Shown here: positions 41,575 through 55,665 of the stretch, one piece after another
How the letters are laid out: each line of letters opens with the position of its first letter
Numbering within the stretch: position 1 is the stretch's first letter
Assembly: GCA_964016885.1 (NCBI GenBank)
Contig: OZ024752.1
Span: 11,222,001-11,286,000 of the forward strand
Source of the DNA: Eledone cirrhosa
Taxonomy: Eukaryota
Direction of reading: 5' to 3'
Length of the DNA: 64,000 bases
Notes under the pieces: generated by a model
What the model was told of the DNA's origin: nothing
What the model saw: the letters and a program-made list of their open reading frames with translations, nothing else
Database searches by the model: none
Position numbers and translations under genes: made by a program

Positions 41575-42494
41575 AAGTAGTAGTAGTAATGTTGTTAAAG
41601 CTCCCAATATAATTACTACTACTACTACTACTACAGTAGGAGAGCTATCAGTAGAAGTAGTACCTACATATTCCCTCATTTTTATTCAAGTCATTTTCGG
41701 CTCTTTTTAGATATGTTTTTCAAAAAATTATAGAATATTTGGCTCTGCTCCAACATATTAATTGTAAGAATCTACTTCCTATGTGTAATTTCGCCAGAAT
41801 GGCATTGCCAAAATTGATCCGATTTTCAGACACATCTGAATTTAATCAATATTTTCAGGGGAAAAGTTTCGTTTTAATTTCATTATCCTACAACCATATT
41901 TACACAGGCTCGGGTTGGGGATATAAAAACTGGAATTATTTACTAGAATCTTCAGACTAACATTGTTGAGGAATGATCTCTATAGACTCTGAACTTAAAT
42001 CGACTTTTCATATACCAGAAGGAAAATCAACAACAACAGCAGCAGTAAACAAAGTATGTTCACAATATCACTAATTTACAATCAAAATTGCCTTGTCTAG
42101 TTCTAGAGATATCCTTTGGAAATGTTGAAAAATAGAAGTAAAATAGTTTTTACTAAAACTAATTCTCGACAGGTTCTATGTAGTTTCTCTATTGAATGCG
42201 TTTTTGATGTTATTCAGATAATATAATATAAATGACATCTCGTCTTATAAGCATAAATATTTTTTTTAATAGTTAACTTTATATAAAATTAGATATTCTA
42301 AGATGTTACTTTATCTCAATGTCCAGAGAAAAAATATTTGAGGACTGATGACAAACTTTATTTGATAAAATATAACCAACATTCATCACCACAATCGAGA
42401 CGTGGCCATGCTAGAAGTAACGGCCAAATCTCCCATAGATAACATGCTACTGTTTTATTAAAGGAAAGAAGCAACTGATGCTTTTTTTCCAAGT

Positions 42495-42610
42495 GGTACT
42501 GGGGTTTTGGAGTCACAGTTTTCCTTCTCCTATGCTGTTTGCCAACCAAGGCTAATATGAGTCCAGCTTTCCATCACCTAGTTATACTACTAGGTACTCA
42601 TTCTTGACTG
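42495..42610 (-). mobile_element. RTE-type LINE 5'UTR-like fragment
   Basis: Minus strand TAGCCTTGGTTGGCAAACAGCATAGGAGAAGGAAAACTGTGA parallels 1299-1345 of the bipartite element. Confidence 0.5.
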
Positions 42611-43084
42611 TAGCAAGCCCTGTATAAATAGGAGAAACGACCGGAGGGTGTTGCTGGAGACACAGTTGAGAAGCAGAGGCCATATATACATGTGTGCACA
42701 GCAAGCTTAATACACGGCTTCAATTACATTTCTATCCTTGATTAGGTAGGACGTCGAGCCTAAACCCTAACCACCACCCGATACCTTCATAAAAAATGAA
42801 CGTGGCTGGTACATCACTGGACATTGGTCTGCTTAATAGTATTAGACTTTGAACTAACATGTAACAACTACCACAAAACAATATAAAGGTATATGTAGAT
42901 TGTAATGTTTTTAATCACAAAATGTTTACAACCTGGGATTTTATGTACATATTCTAGCATGTCTATAATGATATCCTGCAGAGTCGGGCGAGAAAACATT
43001 GTTTTCCTTCCTCTTTTTCATTTGGGGCAATAATTAGTCATGGACTATTCCAGTTCTTTGTAGACTAGAATTTTCGTATTGAAG

Positions 43085-43343
43085 AATATGTTTAATGGAC
43101 ATATAGTTAGAATGTCTCAGGAAAGAATCGCTGGACAGATTTTACGGGCGAAACCAACTGGTAGGAGACCCAAGGGTAGACCCCGAACAAGATGGTTGGA
43201 TAACATCCATGAGCTTGGCTGGTCTCGCTTGGGGATTCATCCGTATCATTTGGAGTGGGTTGCTTCTGACAGGACCCACTGGAAGGAGTGTTTGAGGGCT
43301 CTGCTTCCACGACTCACTCAGGAATAAGTGGGCGAAGAAGAAG
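43085..43343 (+). mobile_element. RTE (Expander/Rex3-like) LINE 3' end
   Basis: GHIVRMSQERIAGQILRAKPTGRRPKGRPRTRWLD...VASDRTHW...* followed by a (GAA)n tail. Confidence 0.88.
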
Positions 43344-44379
43344 TTTATTCACCAATTTAGCTGTGCATTTAAGTCACTAGTGACATACGCTCTTTTCGTC
43401 GTTGCTGTTGTTGTAAAGTCGGGTGTTAAAGTTCACTCGGTAAAAGAAAATGAAATGAGTCGATCGTGACATTAGAGCAAGGAAACAATGCTTTCATTAG
43501 TCTTTACATCGATCATTATATCTGTCAGTCACCACTCATGGCAAAATAAGCAACGTTAAATAAACTATTTTATTCAAGAAGACAACGCTCCACCAAGACT
43601 AGGAATCCAGTCCATGGCTATATCAACAATAGGCCACTTGTTCAGAAACCTCCATATATGTCTATCCGTATTTTTTCATATCATTCTCCATGTGTATCTT
43701 ATATTTTGTATAACATATAATCTAATTTATCGTAGATTTTATATTATATTATCTAATGCATCATGCCTTTATTTAAGACGACATTGTGTGGATATATTGT
43801 GAAACATTCTATTGATATTTCTAGCAGGCTGAGAAAGTACTAAATGGTTTCCTCGTTAGCTCGTTAAAACACATTTCTTGCCAAATGTAGATGTCGTAAA
43901 AGATAGAACAATGATTTATACTATTTAATTATTTTACTTATAGAAAGAAAAAAAAAATTATAGAAATCTAATCTAATTGTGAAACCTTACACACGGATAC
44001 ATATCAAAAAGCTAACGAGAGGCCTGACATTTGCTGTATTCCCATGATTAGTTTGATATTGCAGACTTAGACACATTCGAGCTGCAGTCGTCATTACTTT
44101 TCCTCATTCATGATGTAGTGAGAAATATACAATTCGATCAGAGTTTGAAATATACAATTCGATCAGAATTTGAAATATACGTGGCTACTATTTCAAAATA
44201 GGTATCTATATATGTTTTACTGGATAGATATTTATCTGACTATCACACCCATAGATGTTACATATGTGGGAACGTGATGAGTATGTATCTGATAGGTTTG
44301 TTTGTGTATACAAGTCAATGCAAACTTGCATTTCTACTATAACACTGGTGAAACGGCAAGGTATATAAGCAATAAGTAA

Positions 44380-45040
<661 letters not shown>

Positions 45041-45228
45041 GGCGGTGGATTGGCAGTATCGGTAGAGGGTCGGACGCCATGCTTTGACGCATAGAGTTAC
45101 GGTCCTTGCCATTCTGAGTTCAAATTCCGCCGAGGTTAACTTTGCCTTTCATCCTTATGGGATCGATAAAATAAAGTAACAGTAATACACTGGGTAATTG
45201 CCGGCCTTGTGCCTAACGTAGAAACAAT

Positions 45229-45230
<2 letters not shown>
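45041..45230 (+). mobile_element. full-length family A SINE
   Basis: Consensus match, flanked by (TA)n on both sides. Confidence 0.9.
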
Positions 45231-45269
<39 letters not shown>

Positions 45270-45270
<1 letters not shown>

Positions 45271-45484
45271 ACAAAGTGTGGTAAGGAACCAGGTGGACCA
45301 TAACGCACCAAAGTACTCGATACTTAGGGTAGTAGAGTGGGTAATAGGATAAGAGTCAGGACCCCGACAGCTGAGCTCCGGCCGTTTCGACAGCTAGATC
45401 CGATCTAAACCAGTATCGGTTTTATTCGGATCTAGCTGTCGAAACGGCCGGAGCTTAGCCGTCGGGGTCCTGACTCTTTTCCTA
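45270..45484. mobile_element. family H3 PLE terminus in fold-back arrangement
   Basis: Approximately 45344-45402 and 45426-45484 are inverted repeats, each containing GAAACGGCCGGAGCT.AGC.GTCGGGGTCC. Confidence 0.75.
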
Positions 45485-45875
45485 TATATATATATAATGA
45501 ATGAATGAAGATTATCACGGATACGCTATACAGTTGGGTTTATTCCAAACATTAACATATGTTTCATTGTCTAGTGTGTAATCGAATGCGTCTTAAAATC
45601 TCTGTCTACAATGTTATTGTGAAATTCGATTTTAAATACTGCTTATACCAGGCAAATTATCAAAACATTGGTTTTGAATTCGGCGGTACAACGTATTTAT
45701 ATTGAGATATACAAACATCAAGATGAAAAATGAATCTAAAATCAATAAACGTTGAGATTTACATGTCCGATGGGTAATAAATATATAAAGGAATATGACA
45801 GATTCGGGACCACTCTACTACCCTAAGTATCGAGTACTCAAGTGAGTAATGGTCTAACTGGTTATCATTGCATCC

Positions 45876-45933
<58 letters not shown>

Positions 45934-46202
45934 GTGAATTTTTTTTTACAAAATGAACAAAACCGAGGTGTCCTACACGAGTGAAAGTATAAGGAAAAAA
46001 GATGAAGTCGAAAATGCAACAGGAGTCTTTTTTTAATTGAGATGTAAGAAAAACCACAATCCCTCCATCTCAGCTCTACTTTTGAAAAGCAGAAGAAATG
46101 CGAAACCGGTGAAGGAACCAAATAAATATATATTTAAAAAAAAAAAGACTCCAGTTCCATTTTCGATTTCATCTTTTTTCCATATATATATATATATATA
46201 TA

Positions 46203-46432
46203 AGGCGCATAGCTTAGTGGTTAGAGCATTGTGAGTTCAATTCTCGGACCGGGTGATGTGTTGTTTCCTTGAGCAAGACACTTTATTTCACGTTGCTCCA
46301 GTTTACTCAGCTGTAGAAATGAGTACCGGCCTGCCCGCCCAGCCAGTGAGATGGTGTTATCTTATGGCTAAAACAGCACGATGGGCTGTGGCCAGCGGTA
46401 CCGATTGGCGCACGACAGACTGGTCGGTCAAG
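46203..46432 (+). mobile_element. family B-related SINE
   Basis: GCTTAGTGGTTAGAGC head, GAGTTCAATTC B-box, CCTTGAGCAAGACACTTTATTTCACGTTGCTCC. Confidence 0.78.
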
Positions 46433-46438
46433 GTGATA

Positions 46439-46484
<46 letters not shown>

Positions 46485-46524
46485 CAAAATGATAACAAAT
46501 GAAAAATATTCGCATAATCAAAAT

Positions 46525-46595
46525 ATATACTTTATTATATATATTTCAAAGGTACTGTGCTGTTTTTTCAGTACGTTCTCATCACACAAAATATA
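46525..46595 (-). ncRNA. family H4-related hammerhead with mutated core
   Basis: TATATTTTGT-GTGATGA-GAACGTACTG..CAGTACCTTT-GAAA-TATATA-TA-ATAAAGTATA; C3 replaced by G. Confidence 0.55.
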
Positions 46596-46686
46596 TGATT
46601 TGATATATGACATCCCGCTAAAGTCTTGATTATTCAATTCCCGTATTGGGAATTGAATAATCATCGAACCATTTTAATGTGTGTGA

Positions 46687-46900
46687 AGGCGTGTGGCTGA
46701 GTGATTAGAGAATTGGATTCACAATCTTAAGGTTGTGTGTTCGATCCACCGGACCGGGCGATGCGTTATGTCTTGAGCAAGACACTTTATTTCACGTTGC
46801 TCCTTGGACCGGAGTTGCGACCGGTAGATAGTACTGGCAACTGGAAAGACGAACGGAAACATTGTTTCCTCGGTCCGATTTGACGAAAGTCGATCGATCC
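46687..46900 (+). mobile_element. family B-related SINE (same subfamily as 56542-56760)
   Basis: tRNA-like head, CORE-like block, tail CTCGGTCCGATTTGACGAAAGTCGATCGATCC. Confidence 0.8.
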
Positions 46901-46983
46901 TTTTTTATATATATAGGTGTGTGTGTCAATGAGTTGTGTGTATTAATAAAAGTAGGAGTCAGTTATAAATATATATATATATA

Positions 46984-47400
46984 TATAAAAGAGAAAACAC
47001 AGGTAAGCATTAAGAGAAGGATTTTATCCAGGTATTTACGACCGTTTCATTGGTAAGTGCAACCTTATATTGCTATACTGCAATAGCAGCCACTCAATTA
47101 TAATTGTTGTTCACAGTCCAAATTTTCAAATATTGAGTAAGTTACTCTTGAAATAATTCTTAATATATAGAGAAAAACATTTATTTGGAATTGTATTTTA
47201 AATGTTTTTCTCTATATATTAAGAATTATTTCAAGAGTAACTTACTCACTATTTTGAAAATTTGGACTGTGAACAACAATTATAATTGAGTGGCTGCTAT
47301 TTGCAGTATAGCAATATAAGGTTGCACTGTACCAATAAAACGGTCGTAAATACTGGATAAAATCCTTCTCTTAATGCTTGCCTGTGTTTTCTCTTTTATA
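46984..47400. repeat. long inverted repeat with ~200-bp arms and a short spacer
   Basis: 46984-47183 is the near-perfect reverse complement of 47197-47400. Confidence 0.92.
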
Positions 47401-47770
47401 CTTTATACTCCAAGATTGAACGGAATTATTACAAACTTGTGGAGTTACCCCTAACCGTTCGTTGAAACCATCCATGAAACTGGTTTTCTAAACCACGAAC
47501 TGGATCACAAAAAGCAATTTTCTGCTTCCCTAACTATATATTTATATATATATACACATGGAATTTCTTCATGCATGATTATTATGCAATGTTCTGAGCA
47601 TATGAATTTCTAATTGCTATATGTAAAACATTATTTTTTCTCATAAATATTTTGATGCTTTTCACTTCATTTACAGTATTAATTTTACATCCAATTTCAC
47701 ATTCATATAAATATCTCAATATAATCATTTTCATCTTCAGCAATGGATTGCAATTATGCTTAACGTTAAC

Positions 47771-47845
<75 letters not shown>

Positions 47846-48522
47846 ATATACATACTTACATATATATACAAATAGATACATACATACAAATGAGTACTCT
47901 CATTATTCTAATTTTAATCCGAGTTGTGTGTTTATATAGGATTTTAAACTTCTATTTCTAATTTTTGCATCAATATATTATGACTTCCATAAATATTTCC
48001 TGCCTTTTCGGTTCATTTTCACCAATATATCTACATCTAATATCAAATTTATTTAATGTATAAAAACATTGAAAATATCCAAAGAAATACGTTTCAATAT
48101 ACAATCTGCGAAACAGCCTTATAATGGCATTAATGCATAGATTGCATAAACATTTTATGTTCAATATAAATAATAAATGCTATATTATATTTAAATAAAT
48201 ATGGAATCTTCTTTCTGGTTTATTATCAATTTTTTTAAGCACCGAAATTTAATATAATCCCTGTCATATTTTTCAATGTTTGTTTCTAGTTATTTATTCA
48301 TTTCTATAAGAAAAATCTTAAAATTAATAGTTATGTTGAAATAGCAATTTGGCAGTTGCGATTCAATATATTGACCATTCACATTTTTACACAGCTTTCC
48401 CAGAATATATTAGTTTCGTCAGGTATTTCAAATGAAAGATGATATTGAATATTTTGTTATTTACACCACTTCCTATATCATAAGTAGCACAAATACAGTA
48501 AATTATATTCGATAGCAAATTA

Positions 48523-48674
48523 CTATATTTCCCGGCGCCGAAGACGCTTCGTCCTCGAGGATGCACCCTAAACCTGAAAAAAGATAATAAACAACCTTCG
48601 CCCTCCAGGACGCATGGTAGATTTTAGAGACTTATTTTAGGAAAGATGTAACGTCCTCGATGCCAGAAATACGG
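48523..48674. mobile_element. Tc2/pogo-like MITE
   Basis: TA-CTATATTTCCCGGCGCCGAAGACG ... GAAATACGG-TA. Confidence 0.82.
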
Positions 48675-48983
48675 TAATACGTTATTACTGAGTGAATAAC
48701 AGAGTTCTTATGTATCTGAAAGTCCAGCTTGGGTTAGGAAACATATCTCACAAATGACACCCTTGTATTTTGTTAAAATACATATATTGTATAATATAAT
48801 CTTAGCTATGACATACCTGAAAAATGTGGTGGATAGATGGAGGTAGGAGTATATTTAATCACAAGTGTTCAGATCTTACCTGGAAGAAAACATAACATTA
48901 ACATCATCCACCTCTTTACCGTTCCGTTTCACGGCAGAACTAAAACTATCTAATACTGTTCTATATTTATGAGACGAGGAATT

Positions 48984-49299
48984 ATTTACATTATATACAT
49001 TGGACGGATAGGTGTCCTCATCTTGTTTTGTTGTTAATACAACGTTTCGGATGATGTACTCTCCAGCCTTCATCGGGTGTCCTAGTTATGTTATTATTAA
49101 CGTTTGTTCAGGTCACTGCCTAAAATTGTACTCGGAATCTTGAGGTTAGTAGACCGCTTTAAAAAAAAAAAAAAAAAGTGGTTATAAAAAAGCGGGCATC
49201 ACTAGGACACCTGATGAAGACTGGAGAGTACATGAGCCGAAATGTGTTAACAACAAAACAAGAAGAGGACACCTATCCGTCCAATGTATATAATGTAAA
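48984..49299. mobile_element. inverted pair of PLE-like termini with decayed hammerheads (family H8)
   Basis: 48984-49086 (minus) and 49201-49299 (plus) both read GGACAC-C(T/C)GATGA-AG(G/A)CTG...CC-GAAA. Confidence 0.65.
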
Positions 49300-49749
49300 A
49301 CTACCTATATTATAATAAATTATCGTAGTTTGCTTGAAACATTTTATACAATATATAACATGGAAAGAGATAGGTTAAAGAAAGTAAAATAGACTGTAAG
49401 ATATGGTAACGAAAACTAAAGGTTTCCTGGTAATCTTTGTTTTGTTGTTGCTGCTCTTCTTCTTTTATCTGTCCAATATTTCGGGGCTTAAAAGTTTCTT
49501 CATCAGGGTTTAAGGAACCTTCAGTGGATAACGTTCCAATTTCCTCTCTTTGGGATAAAATTTTGATTTAATTTTTTTCTGTTGTTTTCAACCGTTTTTC
49601 TATCGAATATTTCGGGACTCAAAAGTCCCTTCTATCTATATTATAAAAAGATCAAAGCTCTTAAAGGTTTGACAAATAGGGAAACATTTCGAAATTCATA
49701 TCTGACAGTCATATTTCACTTATTCTGTACTTTTCGTACTCTCAATATA

Positions 49750-50040
49750 TCGGTTGTGAATTCGATTCTCGGACTGGGTGATGCGTTGTGTCCTTGAGCA
49801 AGCCACTTTATTTCACGATGCCCCAATTTACTCAGCTGGAGAAATGAGTTGCGACGTCACTGGTGCCAAGCTGTATCGGTCATTGCCTTTCCTTTGGACA
49901 ACATTGGGGACATGGTAAGGGAAAACTGGTACACATGGGCGACTACTTGTCTTCCACAAAACAAACCTTGCCCAGGCTTGTGCCACGGAGGGAAACTTTC
50001 TAGGTGCAAGCCCATGGTCATTCATGACCGAGTGGGACAT
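49750..50040 (+). mobile_element. family B SINE
   Basis: B-box, GTGTCCTTGAGCAAG, and a body matching 19631-19950. Confidence 0.82.
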
Positions 50041-50159
50041 TTGGATAGTTAACATAAAGATGGAGAGATTTCTAACATATAGAGAAGTACACAAATTTGT
50101 TCTGATGCAATAATCAAATACGATATTCCGATGGTTTATGCACTTTATCAACCTCAATA

Positions 50160-50440
50160 TAACGGAATGTTGTGCTTATCTTAGCAGGAATTTGATACCA
50201 GAAGGTCGAATTAATATTACAAGTTAATCTTTGATTTTGACGTAGATTGTTTTCATGTTGTTTTTTTTTTTACATTAACACGAGATAGGAAATATAGAAG
50301 AAATAACGGAATGTACAGCTGATCTTAACAGGATTTTCATACCACAAAGTCTAATAAATATTACAAGTTAATCTTCGATTTTCACTTACATATTTTTCAT
50401 ATTTTTTTCCACATTAACACGGGATAGGAAACATATAAGA
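50160..50440. repeat. old ~144-bp tandem duplication
   Basis: TAACGGAATGT...TATTACAAGTTAATCTT...ACATTAACACG.GATAGGAAA occurs twice in tandem. Confidence 0.8.
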
Positions 50441-50804
50441 GTAGATGAACAGACAGATAAATAGCCTTTGTTATTTGAGTGACATGAATCCAGGATTATC
50501 TGACAGAAAGTCAAATAATGAAAGATGTAACCTGACATCTGAAAGAACTTGCCTTCGAAAGATTGTGTTATCTGCACTATACTATAAGGGTCCGCTCTAA
50601 ATGTACCACAATGACCCTCACTATCGTATCAAGAGAGTCTGCCATATTTTCACTCACTATGTACTTAAGAATAACATAATACACTCAGATTTCCATTTTC
50701 AGCCAGTCAACCATTGTAAGTAAGAAATCAATATTGGGCTTATTGTATCCATACACATACACTCGTATACACCCACACGTTCACACACAGACTCTCTCTC
50801 ACAC

Positions 50805-50869
50805 ACACATATGTATATATATGTATATGTATATATATGCATATATATATATATGTATATGTATATATA

Positions 50870-50903
<34 letters not shown>

Positions 50904-51110
50904 TATATATATATATATATGCATATATCCATGGATCTCGGGAATTTTACCCGCCTTAGATATATGCATATATATATATATATATATGCATATATATATA
51001 TATATATATGCATATATATGTATATATATATATATATGCATATATATGTATATATATATATATATATATATGCATATATATGTATATATATGTATATATG
51101 CATATATATG

Positions 51111-51144
<34 letters not shown>

Positions 51145-51782
51145 TATGCATATATATATATATATATATGCATATATATATATATATATATATATGCATA
51201 TATATATATATGCATATATATGCATATATTTATATATATGTTTATATATTTATCTATTTATATATATATTTATCTATTTATATATATGTTTATATATTTA
51301 TATATATGTATATATATTTATATATATGTTTATATATGTATATATATGTTTATATATTTATATATATGTATATATATTTATATACATGTATGTATATATA
51401 TATGTATATATATTTATATACATGTATGTATATATATGTATATATATGTATATATATTTATATACATGTATGTATATATATGTATATATACTTATATACA
51501 TGTATATATATATATATGTATATATAGATATGTATGTGTGTGTATATATATATACATATATGTGTGTATATATATGTATATATAGATATGTATGTGTGTG
51601 TATATATATACATATATGTGTATGTATTTATGTATATATAAATGTGTGTATATGTATGTGTATGTATTTATGTATATATATATGTGTTTGTATGAATGCA
51701 TGTATGTATATGTGTGTTTGTGTGTATGTGTGTGTATGTGTGTTTGTATGTGTGTATATGTGTATATATATGTGTGTGTGTA

Positions 51783-51819
<37 letters not shown>

Positions 51820-51886
51820 ATGTGTATATATATATATATGAGTGTATGTGTGTGTATATATATATATGTGAGTGTATGTGTGTGTG

Positions 51887-51919
<33 letters not shown>

Positions 51920-52170
51920 GAGTGTATGTGTGTGTATATATATATATGTATATATATATATGAGTATGTGTGTGTATATATATATATGTATATATATATG
52001 AGTGTATGTGTGTGTATATATATATGTATATATATATATATATGAGTGTATGTGTATGTATATATATATGTATATATATGAGTGTATGTGTATGTATATA
52101 TATATATATGTATATATATATATGAGTGTATGTGTATATATATATATATGTATATATATGAGTGCATGTG

Positions 52171-52210
<40 letters not shown>

Positions 52211-52216
52211 TGAGTG

Positions 52217-52298
<82 letters not shown>
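50805..52298. repeat. compound (TA)n/(TATGCA)/(TG)n microsatellite
   Basis: Direct inspection. Confidence 0.95.
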
Positions 52299-52300
<2 letters not shown>

Positions 52301-54039
52301 GGAGGGGTATGCATTCATGTAAGTGTATATACGTATAAAATAAAATATATACTTTATATATAATATAGTAATATATATGATTGTATGTATGTGGTAGATG
52401 TGATGGTGGTGGGGGGAGTAATGTGTGACAGAAGATCTGCATGAAGCCAGGTCAAATAGCTAGAACGGGAAGATAGAAAATGAGTTATATACTTGAATTT
52501 TCTCAAGAACAAAGATATCAAATAGTGTTCGACTTGACAAAAAAGGTCAAATTTCCCTGCATTATATAGTAACATGTCGATATTCATATATAAGCAAGAA
52601 AAGTTTGTCTACATTTTAGTGAATGATGAATATAAAATTGATGAAGCGTCCCGACGCTGCATCATTTTTTGATGAAGTTCGATTGGCTGGATACTGGCGC
52701 TGTTATTGTTGCAAAATAACATTGTAAATCAAATAAGATTTAAAGGTTTCAGTAATGTTCGGATTTATGTATAAACTCGTTCACATGAGATTACTAGAAA
52801 AGTTTACTATCTACTATATATTTTCGGGGGCCACGATTAACCCATCCATGAAAAGAGTGGTTTGATTGATTTCTCAGCAATTCACTTGAATGTAACCAAG
52901 CAGTTCTTTGATGCACTCTATCAAAATAAAATTTATTAACGTTATATTAACGCAATATAGTGTACGGAGAAATCTAAGTCGTAAATTATTACAGAATTGT
53001 GCTTCGTTGAGTATTTTAGGGACAATTCTCTCAGAAGCTGGTTATAGACACCAGCCTTGTTTGATACCGAATTAAAGCGACGTAGTGTAGCGTACGAAGA
53101 CCATTTATGGCTCACCGTCGTCGGATTTCTGTTTCGTCATCACCATGAACATATATCATGCCCCAATCATGTATTGGAGGCGATTTTAAGAAACGATTTA
53201 ATCAAATTTGCCCACCCTAGGATTGTGTGGCCTCGAGCCAAATTTGTATTCGAGTCGATTTAAGCAAATATGCCCTCCCTCTGAAATTATGGCGCCAAGC
53301 CAATGTTAAAATCTGTGTTACTGATTTCCTTTCCTCGATTATCTAAGCTATTCTAATACAGTCGCGCACTCTTACTTCTAAATTATACGTCTTCTGTTAA
53401 TTCCACTTCATAAATATCATGAAATAAAAGGTCATAATTACTGTGTTTCAAACATAATATATAATTTTAAATAACTTCGAAATAATAATTTAATGTAACA
53501 ACGTAACTTTATGGCTTTAGTCCGGAGATTAAAACGTTCATTTTCCAATTATGATGTTCCGGGGTCTATGTGAGTACGTGGTATCAGGAAAGTGTCTTTC
53601 ATGGTAGGCTTAAATCGATAACAGCCTTAGAAATGTCATTGAGAAAACGGAAACTATAGGGCAGCTCAATGGATGAACTCTAACTGCAATTCATACATAT
53701 GGCCACGTAATATTGTATCACGCAGGAACAATTTGATGGGTCATGTAGCTTTCTTGGCGTCAGAACGAAACACAGAGTAAGAGGAGATGGAGTTAGTCTG
53801 CAGTCCTACAAATACGTATTATATGAAAATTATTGATATATGAATACATATATAATTGCATACAGATACATATATATAATTGTGTGTGTATGTATGCATA
53901 CCTACCTACACACACACACGTGTGTGTCTCAGCACATGCATGTACATATGCAAACCGATATATATATATAATTTGTTCTCCATATAATAATAATAAATTC
54001 GAATAAAGTATCAGTATTGCGTCATGTACATATTTACTT

Positions 54040-54131
54040 ACATATTACATATGTTTCACTGCCGATCAGCTCGAGCAACGATCGAATAGTGTTCGTTCCT
54101 GACTCTGAAAACGGGAGCTGTTCAGATATGT
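54040..54131 (-). ncRNA. decayed type I hammerhead (family H9)
   Basis: ACATAT-CTGAACA-GCT...AGT-GAAA-CATATG-TA-ATATGT: perfect stem I, palindromic stem III, G8 replaced by C. Confidence 0.55.
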
Positions 54132-54597
54132 TTTCTCACATGTAGACTCGCGTCCAAATGTTGTTGAATTGTTAAACACCCGATTCGTTATTTTAGGCTG
54201 CCACAGACTTTGTTAGAAGAAATGTATTTATCTTTGATTTTATCATACTAAATTGTGTTTAGTCAAATACCAGTGGGTATTTGACTAAACACAATTCGGC
54301 AACGTTTACCGTCACTGGTAGTCAAGATGGTAAATTATGTTGGTCTCTACTTTAATTTTTAGTTTTTAGTTCTTATTAATTCATTTTAATTGTAATGCTC
54401 ACCATTTGATAAGATGAGTTTTACTAATACATCGAAACCGGTAATACTTTATATACTTTATATATATTATAAAACTCTTTATTAAAATAATTTCCCCTCT
54501 CATTTTTTCAATAATGTAACTTTGACGAATCAAAGAAAGAAAAAAAAAAGAAAAACAGATCCTTAAATATATTTTCCGTGCTATTTCCAATTTCACC

Positions 54598-54709
<112 letters not shown>

Positions 54710-55074
54710 AATACTTTGTGCGTGTGTGTGAATATGCTGTCAAAATATGTAAAGTCACTAGCAGGGAACAACACAATAATCTTATATTAGTATATCGTTT
54801 ATATGAAGTTAGAAGCCCAGCGTTCTAAAATGTGTCACAACTGTGTATTTGTATGTTTGTATCACTTATGTGAGTGCAAAGAAACCAACCAACGAATCAA
54901 CAAACAAATCTCTCTTTTATATTATGTATAGATATGACAATTAGCCGTCATTGTTGACGCCACGGGGCCAGCTAGTACATCTATAATGTATTCTGTAGTG
55001 ATGACTCGTGTATATTGTGTAAGTATGTATGGAGGTAGAGAAAACGCTGGCCCCTATGGAGCATTTATTGTGTA

Positions 55075-55205
55075 GGAGCTTCTTTTCCTTTTTTCTTTTT
55101 TCTTCCTGTGTGATTTGTGGGGACAGTGTCCTTAAACACACCTCCCAGCGGGTCCTGTCAGAGGCAACCGTCTCCATAGCATCCGGATGGATTCCTAAGC
55201 GAAAC
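55075..55205 (-). mobile_element. RTE LINE 3' end fragment
   Basis: RLGIHPDAMETVASDRTRWEVCLRTLSPQITQE, homologous to 43085-43343. Confidence 0.8.
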
Positions 55206-55548
55206 AGGAGCATTAGATACAATTTTGTTAGTATATATTCATGTGTGTATGTGTTAATTTTTATTTCATTATTGGCCGTATTTGAGTATGGGATCCTTCT
55301 CGGGACCACAATACAATCTAAACCCTGTCGAACGTGTGTTAATACAAAAATATTCACATTTGCCGAGAAACAAAAGGAAAACTTAAGTAGTATGAATATA
55401 AACCACAATATATTGAGGGGAAATAATTGCGGTTTAATGACAGAAGGATAAATTGCTTTGCGCTCTTTAATTATGTCAGTTTATATTCCAAGTTCATATG
55501 CAATCAAAATCAGTGTTGCATTTTACTCTACGTGTTTCAATAGATTAA

Positions 55549-55665
55549 ATCAAGCTTGGGGATCCAGCAGGATCAATTGGGGACGGTTGCGTCAGACAGG
55601 ACTCGCTGGAAGGAATGTTTGAGGAATCTGTCACCGCGACCCTTTCAGGAATAAGTGGGGGAAAA
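55549..55665 (+). mobile_element. RTE LINE 3' end fragment
   Basis: SSLGIQQDQLGTVASDRTRWKECLRNLSPRPFQE* then GTGGG, same family as 43085-43343. Confidence 0.8.

Noticed and set aside
50703-50715. Possible 13-nt microexon (TTTTCAG|CCAGTCAACCATT|GTAAGT)
   Set aside because: Such motifs arise by chance in 64 kb of AT-rich DNA; length is not a multiple of three and there is no supporting gene context.
52440-53300. Unique-looking sequence with short ORFs
   Set aside because: No recognisable protein motif or convincing splice structure by eye.
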